From assembly GCF_009914755.1 (NCBI RefSeq), contig NC_060932.1: a stretch of 64,000 nt of DNA. The stretch is one strand, 5' to 3'. The position numbers and the translations under genes were made by a program. The notes beneath the pieces are model-generated. The model made no database searches, had not been told where the DNA came from, and was given only the letters and a program-made list of their open reading frames with translations. Source of the stretch: the human T2T-CHM13v2.0 reference genome, Homo sapiens. Shown piece after piece: positions 1 to 12,760 of the stretch; position 1 is the stretch's first letter, and each line of letters opens with the position of its first letter.

Positions 1-1720
1 TTATTCACAGAGAGCAGAAAATTCCAATAATCTACCAGAAGTTACTAGAACTACTTCATGAGTTTAGCAATTAAATGAAAGGTAACTAGATGTACAAAAA
101 TCAATTGTATTTCCATATCCTATGAAGAGATAATTGGAATACTATGAAACACTTAAGGATAAGTTTAACAAAAATTACACAAGATTCATAAACTGAATAC
201 AACAGAACACTGCTAGGAGAAATGAAAGAATACTTAAATAAAGGAAGAAATATATGATGTATATGGATCATAAAATACACTATGTTAAAAGGTCCATTCT
301 ACTCAAATTGCTGTATCAATAACAATTTCAGCAGGCTTTTTTTGTTTAGAAGTTAACTAGCCAATTAGAAAATTTGATTAGATTTGCAAAAGACCATAGA
401 AAAGCCAAAATAATTTTGAGAAATAACAATGTAGGAGGACTTACACTTCCTAATGTTAAGACTTATTATAAAACTATAGTAGTTAAAAGATTGTGGTAGG
501 GACACAAGCATAGTAATATAGATCAGTAGAAAAGAAAATCGATTTTGGAGAAAGTTTCAGATAATTTAACTGAAAAAGAATACTCCTTTCAACAAGTTGG
601 GCTGGGAGTAACCGAATAACAATATAAAAAAAAGTGAACCACGATTTTTACTTCAAACTATAGACAAAAAATAACTCAAAATTGATTACATCTAAATTTA
701 AAAATAGAAAACTACATTATTTCTAAAAGAAAACATAGAAGATAAAAATCTTTGTAATCTTTGGGCAGGCAAGATTTCTTTGATAACAAAAATCACTCAC
801 CATAGAAGAAGATGACCAACAAATTAAAACTTTATGAAAATTAAATCCTCCTCTTTAAAAGACACTATTTAGACAATGAGGAGGGAAGCTGCAGACTGAG
901 AAAGAATATTTACAAACTATATTGAGATATCTAACAAAGAACACTTCAAAAATATGTAAATTAAATTTTACATCATATTCAAATAGTCAATACACACAAG
1001 AAGAAATGTTCAACATCATTATGCATCAAAGAATGCAAATAAAGTTATAATGAGATACCACTAAACACTACACTATTTAGTTCAGAATAACTAAAATTTA
1101 AAAAGAGTGACAATACCATGTGTAGGTAGAGATGTAAAGCTACTTGAAATTTTAGCTTGCCAATGGGAGTGTTAAATGGGACAACTACTTTGAGAAACAA
1201 CCTGGAAGTTTCTTCTATAGTTAAACATACATTTACTGTATTACCCAGAAATTTCACTCCAAGAGAAATGCAAACATAGGTCCACACAAAGGTTTGTACA
1301 CAAATATTCACAGCAGCTTCATTTATAATAACCACAAACTGGGAACAACACACATATGCATCAAGAGGTTAAGAGATCAACAGATTGTGATGTATTCATA
1401 TAACAGATATTATTCATCAATATTAATACATACAACATGACTTACAAACACAGCATATTGAGGTAGGCACAACATCACTGTGTGATTCTACCTATAAAAA
1501 ATGAATCCTTACATATAGAAAATAGTTTGGTGGCTGTCTGGATTGGAATTTGCGAAGGGGATTGGTTGCAAAGAAACACGAGGGAAAAATTAAGGATAAT
1601 GAAAATATTTTTTATTTTTATTGCACTGAAATAACCAAACACGTTTCTCAAACCCCATTAAACTGTATGAATAAATTTGTATCATTGTATTGTGTACAAA
1701 TTTTACCTCAATAAAATTGA
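1..1720 (+). mobile_element. Ancient L1M-type LINE-1 3' portion (degenerate ORF2 and 3'UTR)
   Basis: A-rich L1 ORF2-like motifs (aaaatcaattgtatttc, ggaggacttacacttcctaat..aagacttattataaaactatagtagttaaaa, gaatgcaaataaa..atgagataccact); ends in tacctcaataaa, typical of old L1 3' ends. No intact frame. Confidence 0.85.
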
Positions 1721-1867
1721 TAACAACCAATTATGTAGAGAGAGGTTGTCTATAAACTGAGCACAAAATGCAATAGACAATCTAGTAGCTTCAGATTCTT
1801 AAAAATTCAATCAGTGAGATAATTTGCATCAGGAACAAAACAGATATTTATCAGCCTGGCTGTGGTT

Positions 1868-2000
1868 TTGTTTTCTCATGGTAAAATCTGAATCATACAA
1901 GTATCTCTTACCTAGGATGGCACTCAGGATCAAATTAATAAATATATGTAAAGCATGTAGAGTAAATCCTGGCAGATATTAAGAATTCAATAAAGACTGG
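1868..2000 (+). mobile_element. MIR SINE fragment
   Basis: tttctcatggtaaaat...aatatatgtaaagcatgtagagt...cctggca...tcaataaa resembles the MIR core and 3' end. Confidence 0.65.
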
Positions 2001-2147
2001 CTATAGTTGTCATTGTTACCACCAAGAGTTGGAGGCTATATCAAACCTGGGGAGGGCTACAATGATAAGCAACGTTGCCCCCTGGGGAGGCTTAGGTTTT
2101 AGTGAGAAACAAGGCCAGTCAATTCTCCTCAATGCACAAAAGGATGT

Positions 2148-2408
2148 TGTATTAGTCGGTTCTCATTCTGCAAATAAAGACATACCCAAGACTTGGTAAT
2201 TTAGAAAGGAAAGAAGTTTGATGGACTCACAGTTCCACATGGCTATGGGGGCCTCAAAATTATGGTGGAAGATGAGTCATATTCACTATCATGGGAAAAA
2301 CCCACTCCCATAATTCAATTACCTCCCACTGGGTCCCCCCCATGACACGTGGGGATTATTACAATTCAAGGTGAGATTTGGGTGGGGACAGAGAGCCAAA
2401 CGATATCA
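2148..2408 (-). mobile_element. THE1-family MaLR solo LTR, internally deleted (~260 bp)
   Basis: Starts tgtattagtc, ends gagatttgggtggggacagagagccaaacgatatca (reverse complement of the THE1 5' end). Near-TSD gatgt/ggtgt. Confidence 0.9.
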
Positions 2409-2871
2409 GGTGTTCCGGGAGACCTGTGGACAAGTTACACCTCACTGATAGGGAATTTCCCTAACATGTCATCTAACTATTTATTTTCTGCCTTCTCTTT
2501 AAAAATCCAGGGGTGGGACTGGCAAATTGTGGCTGCTTCTTTATTGTTACATAATGTATTCTATTATCTGCATGCACATTTCTCAGAAGACAATTTATAC
2601 AGGCTGAAAAAAATGTATCTCTTGAAAACTCTGTTTGAAATATTACTTGCTTGATACTTTTATGTTGATCTTAGAGAAAAATGAGGGAATGTTTCTTCAA
2701 GGAGGTAATAAAATTACAATTGGATGCCAGCATGAGTTATCATCTGAGCCTGAGGAGGTACACTAAAAAGACCAGGACTCAGACTTTGAAGAAGTCACTT
2801 GGACATGCCCATTGGTCATCAGCTGAAGGTAACCATTCCTGCCACCACCTTCTACGACCAATGTGCCATAA

Positions 2872-3354
2872 TGTATTAACTTCCAGTGGCACCTGTAACA
2901 AATTGCCACAAGCTAGGTGGCAGAAAGCAACAGAAATGTATTCTCTCAGCATTCAGGAGGCCAGAAATCCTAAATCCAGGTGTCAGCAGGACCATACTCT
3001 CCCTGGAGGCTCTGGGAAGAGAATCTATTTCATTTTTTTCTCTTGGCTTTTGATGGCTGCTGGTAATCCTTGGAACTCCTTGGCTTAGAGCTGCATCATT
3101 CCGATCTCTGCCTCTGTGTTCACATGGCCTCAATCTCTTCTGTGTCTTCTTTTTTGTCTCTTATAAGGACACTTGCCATTGGAGTTGGAGCCCACTTGGG
3201 TAATCCAGGATGATCTTATCTGAAGATCCTTAATTATACCTGCAAAGACCCTTTTTTCCAAATAAGGTAATATTCACAGGTTCCAGGAATTTGGATGTGG
3301 ATGAATTTTTTTTTTTTGGTAGAATCAGGGAGAGTCACCATTCCACCCACTACA
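2872..3354 (-). mobile_element. MLT1C-like MaLR solo LTR
   Basis: tgtattaacttcc...gtaacaaattgccacaagctaggtggc...aacagaaatgtattctctca...tcttataaggacacttgccattgg...ccactaca, with TG..CA termini. Confidence 0.85.
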
Positions 3355-3494
3355 CATGCCACCTTCCTACTGTGCTTGGACTTTACAGGTAATCCCACCT
3401 TCAACAGAGGACAGAAAAGCAGTTCAGGGAGTGCTGAATATTACTTGGCATTGCCCAAATGAGGGAATAAAGGAAAGAGAGAAATAATTAAATT

Positions 3495-3615
3495 TAAGAT
3501 TCATGAGGGCAGAAACTGTGTGTATTATTTATTCTTATTCCACAACACCTATAACAGTGCTTGGCATACAGAGATTTTTGATAGATGTTCATTAATTTTA
3601 TGAATGAATGAATAA
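3495..3615 (+). mobile_element. L2 LINE 3' end
   Basis: aagattcatgagggcagaaactgtg...acagtgcttggcataca...tgaatgaatgaat tail. Confidence 0.75.
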
Positions 3616-5439
3616 CTCATAAATTAGTCTTCATCTCTCGGTGTCCTGAAGGAATCAAATTTGGCCTCACTTAATCACTGAAACTTTGGTATCCCCAAGC
3701 AAAAAGGCTATCACCAGAGAAACCTGACACTGAGTCCAGGAAACCTGGGTTGGTGAAAATGCTCCTGGGAACCTGAGTTGGGCTGGGTTTGGTAGGAGAA
3801 TGGGTCCTGGGGTGCGAGTACAGCTGCAGGGGCCAGAAGGGAAGCCAAGCTTCATTGTGGGTTCTAGAGAATGAGCATGTCTCTTTTGGCAATCATAAAT
3901 ATCTCCTCTTCCCATGATTGTTTAGCATCTTCATTTACAATAAAACAGCAGTTAAGAATGTGACTACATCCTTTTTGAACCTTCCAATGATAGAAAGCCA
4001 TAAATTTTAAAAGTCAAAAACAACAACAAAAACTCACTCTTAATTCGCATGCTTTCCTGTAGAGAGAAAGGGAATAAAGGACTCCTAGGAGCATCCATTC
4101 TTTAAATTCTCTTCTTCTGGGTTTCCTCAAAGAATCTGATTAGCAGCCTTTCACCCAGAAACAATGAACTGCAGGGAAGCTCAGTGATTAGAGCAAACAG
4201 ATAGCAGTCAGAAAATTCTCTGAGTGGCTCTCCATGGCCTTCCAAAAGACACTTGACAATTCTGTGTCTCAATTATTGGCAAATTGGGGACAGTGGTAGC
4301 AACACTTGCTTACCCTTCAGGGATGCTGTAAGAGCCAATTAACCATGGGTGATGTCAGTGGAGATTGAGGAATGAGCACCGCTGCATAGTTAGAAAGCAT
4401 TATTACCGTAGTGTGAGTGGTGAATGGAAAGTAGAGGTTGAGCAAGGAAATTCATGGGTTTGCCTTGCAGCAGCTTCCTGATAAGTTGCCAGTAGAGTCT
4501 TCCTAATTTATCTCATTCTGCCTGCATGGGGATTTCTATCTAATAGTCCCTGTAGATGACAGAGAGAAAAAGTGAGGAAGCCAGGTCAGGCAAAAAACAT
4601 TGACAAGAAGAAAGAAGCCACTGCAGAAGGGGTTTTTCTAAAGCTGAATTTTAATCATCTTTTTAAATTATATCTAGAATGTGGATTGAGGAAGGGGCAT
4701 GAGAGGAGTTTGACATGAAGTTGGAGAGGAAGCAATCAATCTTGAAGATGCATTTCATGTGGAATCTAGGGAGCCAAGATCCTGAGCAGTGACCTTCAGG
4801 ACTTAAACTGGTGTTCACCAGCTTGACTTGAGATCTTCTAGTAAGACACAGGACTTTGCAAACTGAGCTGCAAGGCCAAATAGTGCAGGCTGATAGCTCT
4901 GTATAACATGTTAGCAATGTGTGAATCCAATTTGTGCAATACCAAAAAAAAAACCGCTTTAAAAATTGAAATAAGAATATATAAGTACTTACAAGGCTGC
5001 CGGGTTGATGATTTGGGGAGAGAGCCTGGAAAAATTAAAGATTGCCTTCAAACCGAAGCCAATATGCCAATCTCCACCTGGGAATTTTGGCTCAATGCCA
5101 GTTTTGATGTGTTTATTACTAACTCCTTGTGGTGAGCAAAAGAAAAAACATCAATTTGCATAAGGAAAGAAGAAGAGGTCTTTAAACACTGAAACCTAGG
5201 CAGCTGGAAAAAAAAATCCTCAAAAGAAATGTAATCCGATTCTGCCAGTTGGCCGAGAAGGAAATTTGGGAATTTAGGAGAAAATCCATAAATCTGGACT
5301 ACCTCGGAGGGCTAATATATGTTGAAGTTGTTTAGAGATTGAGCAATCTTTTGGCCATGGGATTTTAGGGATATTGGGAGTGGGAAGTGTTAATCTCACC
5401 ATGGTTTGAATCCCACAAATTCCTTCTGCCTTTATATAG

Positions 5440-5670
5440 TTATCATTACTGAGCTCTTATTATACAGCAGACGCTGTGCTAAATGGTTTATATATATTAA
5501 TATATTTAATTGTTGCAACATTCCTATAGAGACTGAAGTTACTTTCATTTTAGACACGAGCAATCTGAGACACAAGAAAGGTTACAAAATTTTCCCATAA
5601 CCATACAGTTAACAAGCTGTGATCTAGGACTCAAACCCTGAGATTCTGACTCCAAAGCCCTTGTTCTATG
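5440..5670 (-). mobile_element. MIR SINE
   Basis: actgagctcttatta...tgtgctaaatggttta...ctgagacacaagaaaggttac...ctaggactcaaaccc...tctgactccaaagccc. Confidence 0.75.
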
Positions 5671-5705
5671 ATTACTGTTGTTCCCTCTTGCAAAACACCT
5701 GGAAG

Positions 5706-5765
5706 ATATACACACACACAGTTTTATATATATATGTGTGTGTATGTGTATATATATGTGTGTGT
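5706..5765. repeat. Compound (TA)/(CA)/(TG) microsatellite
   Basis: atatacacacacaca...tatatatatatgtgtgtgtatgtgtatatatatgtgtgtgt. Confidence 0.85.
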
Positions 5766-6166
5766 CTGAGATAGATAAAATTTAAATTCTTATCCAGGTT
5801 TATAGCTCAGATGAAATGGGATGAGTGCCCTAAAAATGCTATTGAGAAGATGCTATGGGAGGTTGGTGAGGGACGAGACTAATTCTACTGGGCTTAGGGA
5901 AATGGGTGAAGTGAAACACTAGAGAGAGGGGGCAGTAAACTTGTAGAGACCGAAGTTCTTGCTGGCTTTATTACATATTAAGTATTTGCTGTCTCATGAA
6001 ATCCCATAGCAGGCCTATGAAGTATGTAGTATCTTATCTATTTTACAAATGGGGGAATTATAGCAGAGAAATGTGAAATAAACAATGATAGTCATACATG
6101 GAATGGAAAGAATAATGGCTAGAGTGTCAAGTTGGAGTTCTGAATGCAAAAGGCCTCATCCTTTCT

Positions 6167-6463
6167 TCTATTTTTTTAAGATGGAGTCTCGCTCTGTTGC
6201 CTAGGCTGGAGTGCAGTAGCATGATCTCTGCTCACTGCCAACCTCCGTCTCCCAGGTTCAAACGATTCTCCTGCCTCAGCCTCCTGAGTAGCTGGGACTA
6301 CAGGCATGCACTACCATGCCTGGCTAATTTTTGTAGTTTTTTTTCAGTAGAGACAGGATTTCACTATGTTGGCCAGGCTGGTATTGAACTCCTGACCTCA
6401 CGATCCACCTGCTTCGGCCTCCCAAAGTGCTGAGATCACAGGCGTGAGCCAACGCACCCAGCC
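6167..6463 (-). mobile_element. AluS (Sg-like) SINE
   Basis: Full dimeric antisense Alu. Has the 2-bp deletion (cctgacctcacgatcc) together with ggccaggctgg. TSD aggcctcatcctttct (6151-6166) / agccctcttcctttct (6464-6479). Confidence 0.95.
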
Positions 6464-7367
6464 AGCCCTCTTCCTTTCTATTAAATTACGTTGCTTCATG
6501 AAGTGCCAGTCAAGGTGGGAAATGCACAATGTCTCGGGTTTCCATAGCAGAATGGGAAAGATTTTCAAGATAAAAAAAATTATGCATTTGAAAATGCAGA
6601 GGCGGAAAAGTACAGTGAAGTTTTGGAAAAGTATAAATAGTCTAATTTAAATGAATATGAAAAATCAGAAGAGGCTGGGAAGGAATGGCTTACCAAATCT
6701 TGGATTTTGCCTTGTCAGAAGAGAATAAACCTCTACTCTGAAGGCAGTGAGAGTTACTGCAGGTGTTTTAGCTGAAGGGAAGGTGATCAGGGTGGTGAGT
6801 TAACATCAATGTACAGGCTGCATTCCTCCCCCTGAATACAACCCTGGAGGTTCCATGAAAGCAAAAAGAAGACTGAGGAATCTATTGAAATAAGAAATAC
6901 AGCAACATCAGGGCAAGGAAAAGCAATGGGTTAGGTCCTTGCATAACCTTTGGGTGGAGTAAGGGGTGGAATAATCAACCCAGACATCTGATATGGAGCA
7001 GGGAAGCAATTTTCCACCTCTGACAGCTATTTTCTCTCCCTGATATTGCCTTGAGACGACAATAATCTATGTAAATAAAAAAACAAACTACAAAGCAGAA
7101 CAAGAGCAACCAGCCTATCCCCTATAGTGATGGCAGGGAAAGTCTTGGGGTGCTGCTGAGTCCACTTGGGGTGAAATCAGCTAACCCATAAGTGCAATGG
7201 GCCTGGTTAGCCTTTCGGTGTTCCCTTTCCTTCCTGCACATCCTCTCTATACATCAAGTGCTATGTGATTACAACTCAGGTTAAGAATTCTTGATCAAGA
7301 GCAGTGCCAACATTGACATATAAGTGGTAATTTCAGAGGTTCCCTGCTCCAAAGTGTTTACCCTGTT

Positions 7368-7394
7368 ACACACACACACACACACACACACACA
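7368..7394. repeat. (CA)n microsatellite
   Basis: About 13 consecutive AC/CA units. Confidence 0.95.
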
Positions 7395-7489
7395 TCTTAA
7401 CCCCTTATATTTACTATCAGGGGCACACGCTAGCTTCTGGCTTTTTGCCCTTCCTGCCAAAGTCACATTTCCATAGAGGTAAATTAAGT

Positions 7490-9270
7490 TGCTAAAGGAA
7501 TATAAATTTATGGAAAAAGATAAAGATATTTTCAGAGCATAACTGCAATGAAAGAAAGACAACTGATGAATTCAGCTATATCAAATAAAAGCAAAAGTAA
7601 TGTATCAGAGTAAGAATTTAAAATAAATATATTTTCTAAAATATGTAAGAAAAAATATTAGATCCATGCAGCAAACATGAAAAATCATAAGGAAGAATCA
7701 ACTGGAGATATTAAGAAAAATGTTACGGTTGAAATAAATAACTGGACTGAATAGCGGAAGAATACATGTAAAAATCATTTTGTGAAATTCTCTCAGACAA
7801 CATCAAGATAGGATAAAGAGATAGAAAATTTTAAATTAAAAGACAAGGAGAGTAGAATCGGAAGTGTCAAGGTTCATATCAATGAAGTCCCAGATGGAGA
7901 GAGAGAGAAACCTATGAGAAAAAACAAAAACGATGAAAAGTATTGATCAATAATGTTGAGATTACTTTTAAAAAATCAAGAATCGGCCAGCCGTGGTGGT
8001 TCATGCCTGTAATCCTAGCACTTTGGGAGGCCAACGTGGGTGGATCACCTGAGGTTAGGAGTTCAAGACCAGCCTGGCCAACATGGCAAAACCCCATCTC
8101 TAGTAAAAATACAGAAATTAGCTGGGTGTGGTGGTGCGTGCCTGTAATCCCAGCTACTCAGAAGGCTGAGGCAGGAGAATCACTTGAACCCAGGAAGCGG
8201 ACGCTGCAGTGAGCTGAGATCATGCCACTTCACTGCAGCCTGGGGGAAAGAGCGAGACCCCATCTCAAAAAAAAAAAAAAAAATCAAGACTCAGATTGAT
8301 GCTAAAATTTTTAATAACAACATAAAATATATAGAGTAAAATTTTAAAACTTTAAAAAAAACTATCATTTAATCTGGAATTGTGTGTCTAGGTAATCTAT
8401 CATTAAAATCCAAGAGTTAAATAAGTATACTCTCAGTTTATCACAAAAACTTCCTCTGAAAAAATACTCTTGGATAAGTTATTTCTTCAAAAAATGAAAT
8501 CAGACTGAGGGGATATAATAAGGCATGGGGAAATTGTGACTAAAGGAGTTAGTAAAACTTACTACTGACTACAATTTGGTGAGAAAGGAGGTACCAGAGG
8601 GAGAACTTGCTTATGTATTTGTCCAGAAAGGGAGTTGTGGGGTGGGTGTGTGTGTCTGTGTGAGTTTGATAGGAAAAATATGCATAAATATGGCTCTCAA
8701 CAAGTTAGGGGTAAACTCCAAAACCCTACAAATAGACTATGATACTTAAAAAGCAGGAAAATAAAATTTGATATATCCAATGAAAAGTAAGACGGTGGTA
8801 AGGGAAAATGAAAATGAAGTATGTAACATGGAAATTATTGAATATTTAGATAAGAAATAATGGTATTTGAAATAAATAAAAATTAAAGACAATTACATTG
8901 GATTTTTTTTTAAAATGAAGTAAAACAGTATGCTGTTTACTGGAAATATTCAAAAGAATGCATTTTGAAAAGAGTGAAATGTAAGAATGTGTATCAGGCA
9001 AAATAATGCAAAAGACAGCCATGACAGCAATTTTAATATTTGTCAAAATATATTTTTGCATCTGAATATCTGTAAAGGTATACTTTAAAAAGCAATCATA
9101 TACTGGTAACAGAAATAATATATCAAGAAATTGTAGCAACCACGAATGTATGTGTAACAGACAATAGAGCCTCAAAGTATACAAAGCAACAACTAAGAGT
9201 CAAATGAACACTAGATAAATTAATAATTTAGATATTTCAGCATGAACTTTTCAGAAACTGGTGGATTAAG
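7490..9270 (+). mobile_element. Ancient L1M fragments (ORF1 to ORF2 endonuclease region), interrupted by an Alu
   Basis: A-rich degenerate L1 motifs, e.g. aacagtatgctgtttactggaaata, gcaattttaatatttgtcaaaata, caatagagcctcaaagtatacaaagcaa. Confidence 0.6.
7985..8278 (+). mobile_element. AluSx/Sz-like SINE
   Basis: ggccagccgtggtggttcatgcctgtaatcc...ggatcacctgaggttaggagttc...poly(A). TSD aaaaatcaagaatc (7971-7984) / aaaaatcaagactc (8279-8292). Confidence 0.95.
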
Positions 9271-10704
9271 ATCATTAACATAGGTTGGAAAGGGAGAGAA
9301 GCTGGAGAAAGAATAATTAGAATGTGATTGAAATAATTTAGATTACAGTTATGATGATTCTGTGCTAGGGTGGGGATAGAGACTGTAGTTGTAGGCCCAA
9401 TGAGAATGAGTATATTTTGAAATTTTTGGGTGCCATTATCAGATGAAAATAAGTTAAGGGAAGTGGGTTTGGGGGATATAAGATAAATGTATTTAAGGTG
9501 TATCAATTATAATCCACTTCTTTAGAAGTTACAGATTGCCATTAGATCTCTGTGAGAAGAATGGGGTAGGATAACTTCCATCATTAGAGTTCCCAAGTCT
9601 CTTTAGAAATAGTGTTTCCTTTGGTGAAAGGCATTGAAGCCTTCTCAAATATTTTATCTGGAAGGGATTAATGCATTAGGCTCTCACTAGCCATTAACTC
9701 CTTAGCACAGGTAATTTTATCAGATTAGCCCTAGTAAAGAGAATGGAGCATTTATATGACATGGACACGATACAGGAACATTCTGATGGAAGAGAAAAAT
9801 GAAATCAGAGAAAGAAAGTAGATTCTTTTAAATGTTTTTAAAATACCGTTCTCTTAGTCAATCTATATCTTCACTATCAAAAATACAAATTTGTTGTTCC
9901 CTCCTCTATGCTCCCATAGCTTCTTTTCCAACAATTTATTGCAAAAAAATTGTCAAACACACAGCAAAGTTGAAATATTTTTTCAGTAAATAATTCTATA
10001 TGTCCACCATCTAGATTCTATCATTAGCATTTTACTCTTTATTTGCTTGATCACATATCTAGCCATCTTTCTAGTCATTCATATATCCTTCTCATTTTTA
10101 ATGCATTTAAACTACAGACAATGGTATACTTTATATTTTTCAGTATTTTCTTATAATATTTACATACAACAAAAAGCATATATCTTCACTATACATTTTC
10201 CAAGTTTCAACAAAGGTATACACCTCTATAAACCCAATAAGACATTATCATCACCACAAAAATGTCCCTTCATGCGTCTTCCCAGTCCAACTCAGCCTTT
10301 GCTTCCCAGAGGAGATTGTTCTAGAATATCTTATATATGAAATTATGCATGCAGTATGTACTCTTTTTGGCTAGTTTCCACTCAGCCTAACATGTTTTGG
10401 ATTCATCTATACTGTTGCATGTCACAGTTGTATATGAGTATACTGCATAAATTCACCTCCATTTGTTTCTTCATTCTCCGATTGGTGGACACTTGGATTA
10501 TTTCTACTGCCTATTCAGTTCTTTCATAGTGTCTTGTGAGTGGAAGTTTTTGCTTTTGTCATTTGTTTGCTTATGAAGTCTAATTTATTATTTTTTCTTT
10601 TATGGTTTTTCTGTAATCTGTCTAAGAAAGCTTTGCCTGCTGCCAAGTTATCAAGGGAGATGGCTCCTGTTCTCCTCTAAAAGCTTTATGGTTGGGTTTG
10701 GTAA

Positions 10705-11006
<302 letters not shown>

Positions 11007-11562
11007 TGGTGATCCATTTTTAATTTGTGCATATGTGTGTATGATATGAGAATCATCATGGCAAGGCTCTTTTTTTTCCATATGAATATCCTGTTTTTCC
11101 AGCAATATTTGTTGAAAAAATTTTCCTTTTCCATTAGATTGTTTTGATGCTTTTGTTGAAAATTATATGACCATGTAAGTGTCTATGTCTGGACGTTTTA
11201 CTGCCAGTTGTGTTGACCTAATAATGAATCCTGAATGCTAGTACCATATTTTCTTGATTATTTGAGCTGTACAATAAGTCTTAAAGATGGATAGTGAAAG
11301 GTCCTTCAATTTTGTTCTTCCAAGATTTCCTTGGAGGTTCTAGGTCCTTTACCTATATATTTCAGGATAAGCTGGTGTCAATTTCTAATAAAACACCTTC
11401 AGCAATCTTGAAACTCATTGATTCTATAGATCATTCTGGGGAATATTGCCAACTTTAAAATACTCAATCTTCCAGTTCAATAATACAGGATACCTATCCA
11501 CTAACTTAGCAGCTTTGCAATTTCACTCAGCAAATTTTTTGCAGTTTTAAAAATATAGGTCT

Positions 11563-12233
11563 ATATCATTCAGCTTTAAAAAGGAAGAAAATTTTGACAT
11601 ATGCTGCAATATGAATGAACCTTGAAGACATTATGCTAAGTGAAATAAATTAGTGATGAAAGGGCAAATCAATTAGCAGTAATGGCAAGATCACTGCTGT
11701 TCAACCCAAGATTATCTTAACAGTCAGACTTGAGAGTAGTGGGATGGCTGTCTTGGAGAGTAGAGAATACCACATTTTTTTCTGGAAGGTTCCAATGGAG
11801 GTGATAAAGCAGCACTCACATGGAATATTATTCAGCCTTGAAAGGAAATTCTGACACATGCTACACAAGGGTGAACCTTGAGGACATTATGCCAAGTGAA
11901 ATAAGCCAGTCACAAAGGGCAAATATTATGTGATTCCACTTTTATGAGGTACCTAGGGCATCCAAATTTATAGAGACAGAAAATCAAACAATGGTTTTCG
12001 GGGGGTAGAGGGAGGGAGAAAATGGGGAGTTATTGTCTAATTGGTACAGAGTTTGTGATGATGAAAATGTTCTAGAGACGAACAGTGAAGATGGTTGCAC
12101 AACAGTGTGAATGCACTTAATGCCAATAAACTATATACATACAATGATTAAAACAGAAAATTTGTCATTATGTCTATTGAACCAGAATTAAAAAGTAGCA
12201 AATTTTTTCATTAGGTATACCTAACCACAGTAA
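11563..12233 (+). mobile_element. L1MB-like 3' end insertion, chimeric (duplicated segment plus orphan insert)
   Basis: gaaccttgaggacattatgccaagtgaaataagccagtcacaa...gtgattccactt...atgaaaatgttctagaga...gatggttgcacaacagtgtgaatgcacttaatgcca. Candidate TSD aaaaatataggtct / aaaagtacaagtct. Confidence 0.85.
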
Positions 12234-12261
12234 AAAAGTACAAGTCTTCATTTTTTAAAAT

Positions 12262-12350
12262 GATACCATTTTGAAAAAAGAGTACTAGTTTAGATGCTAT
12301 TTTGAAAATAGATACTATTTTGAAAATAGTTTAGATACTATTTTGAAAAA
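12262..12350. repeat. Short imperfect tandem repeat, 4 copies of GATRCYATTTTGAAAA
   Basis: gataccattttgaaaa / gatgctattttgaaaa / gatactattttgaaaa / gatactattttgaaaa with variable spacers. Confidence 0.85.
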
Positions 12351-12760
12351 AAATTTTTAATTTTTAAATTTTGTTTTCTAATTTTTTTATAGTATATAAA
12401 CCCACAATTTTTATTTATACTAACGTCGAATGCAGTGACGTTGCTAAATTTACTTATTAATTCTATTATTTTTCAAAGTCCTTAGAATATTCCATGTAGA
12501 CAACGATATCAGCAGCAAATAGAGGGTTGTATTTCTTGCTCTAAAATTTATAGCTGAAATTAATTTTTCTGATTTCAGTGCTTAATAATACCAGCAGTGA
12601 GCTAGGAATTCCTTGCCTTATTCCTGATTTTGGAAAGAAATCATTCAATGTTTCACTGCTAAGTGATATGTTAGCTGTAGGTGTTTTTTGATACCCCTTA
12701 TCAGAGTGAGGAAGTTTTCATTTATTTCTAGTTTAAATTTTTTTTAATCAGAAACAATGT

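Noticed and set aside
5155-5170. Octamer ATTTGCAT as part of an OCT-SOX composite site
   Set aside because: The adjacent SOX half-site does not match in sequence or spacing, and an isolated octamer is expected by chance in AT-rich DNA.
5915-5940. CTCF-like AGGGGGCAGT core (similar partial matches at ~2910, ~25420 and ~53910)
   Set aside because: Only the right half of the motif matches; the CCAC/CCAG left half is missing.
6197-8212. ORFs at 6197-6433, 7912-8097 and 7943-8212 (also 23679-24002 and 27727-28143)
   Set aside because: These are translations of Alu sequence, the classic spurious Alu-derived peptides.
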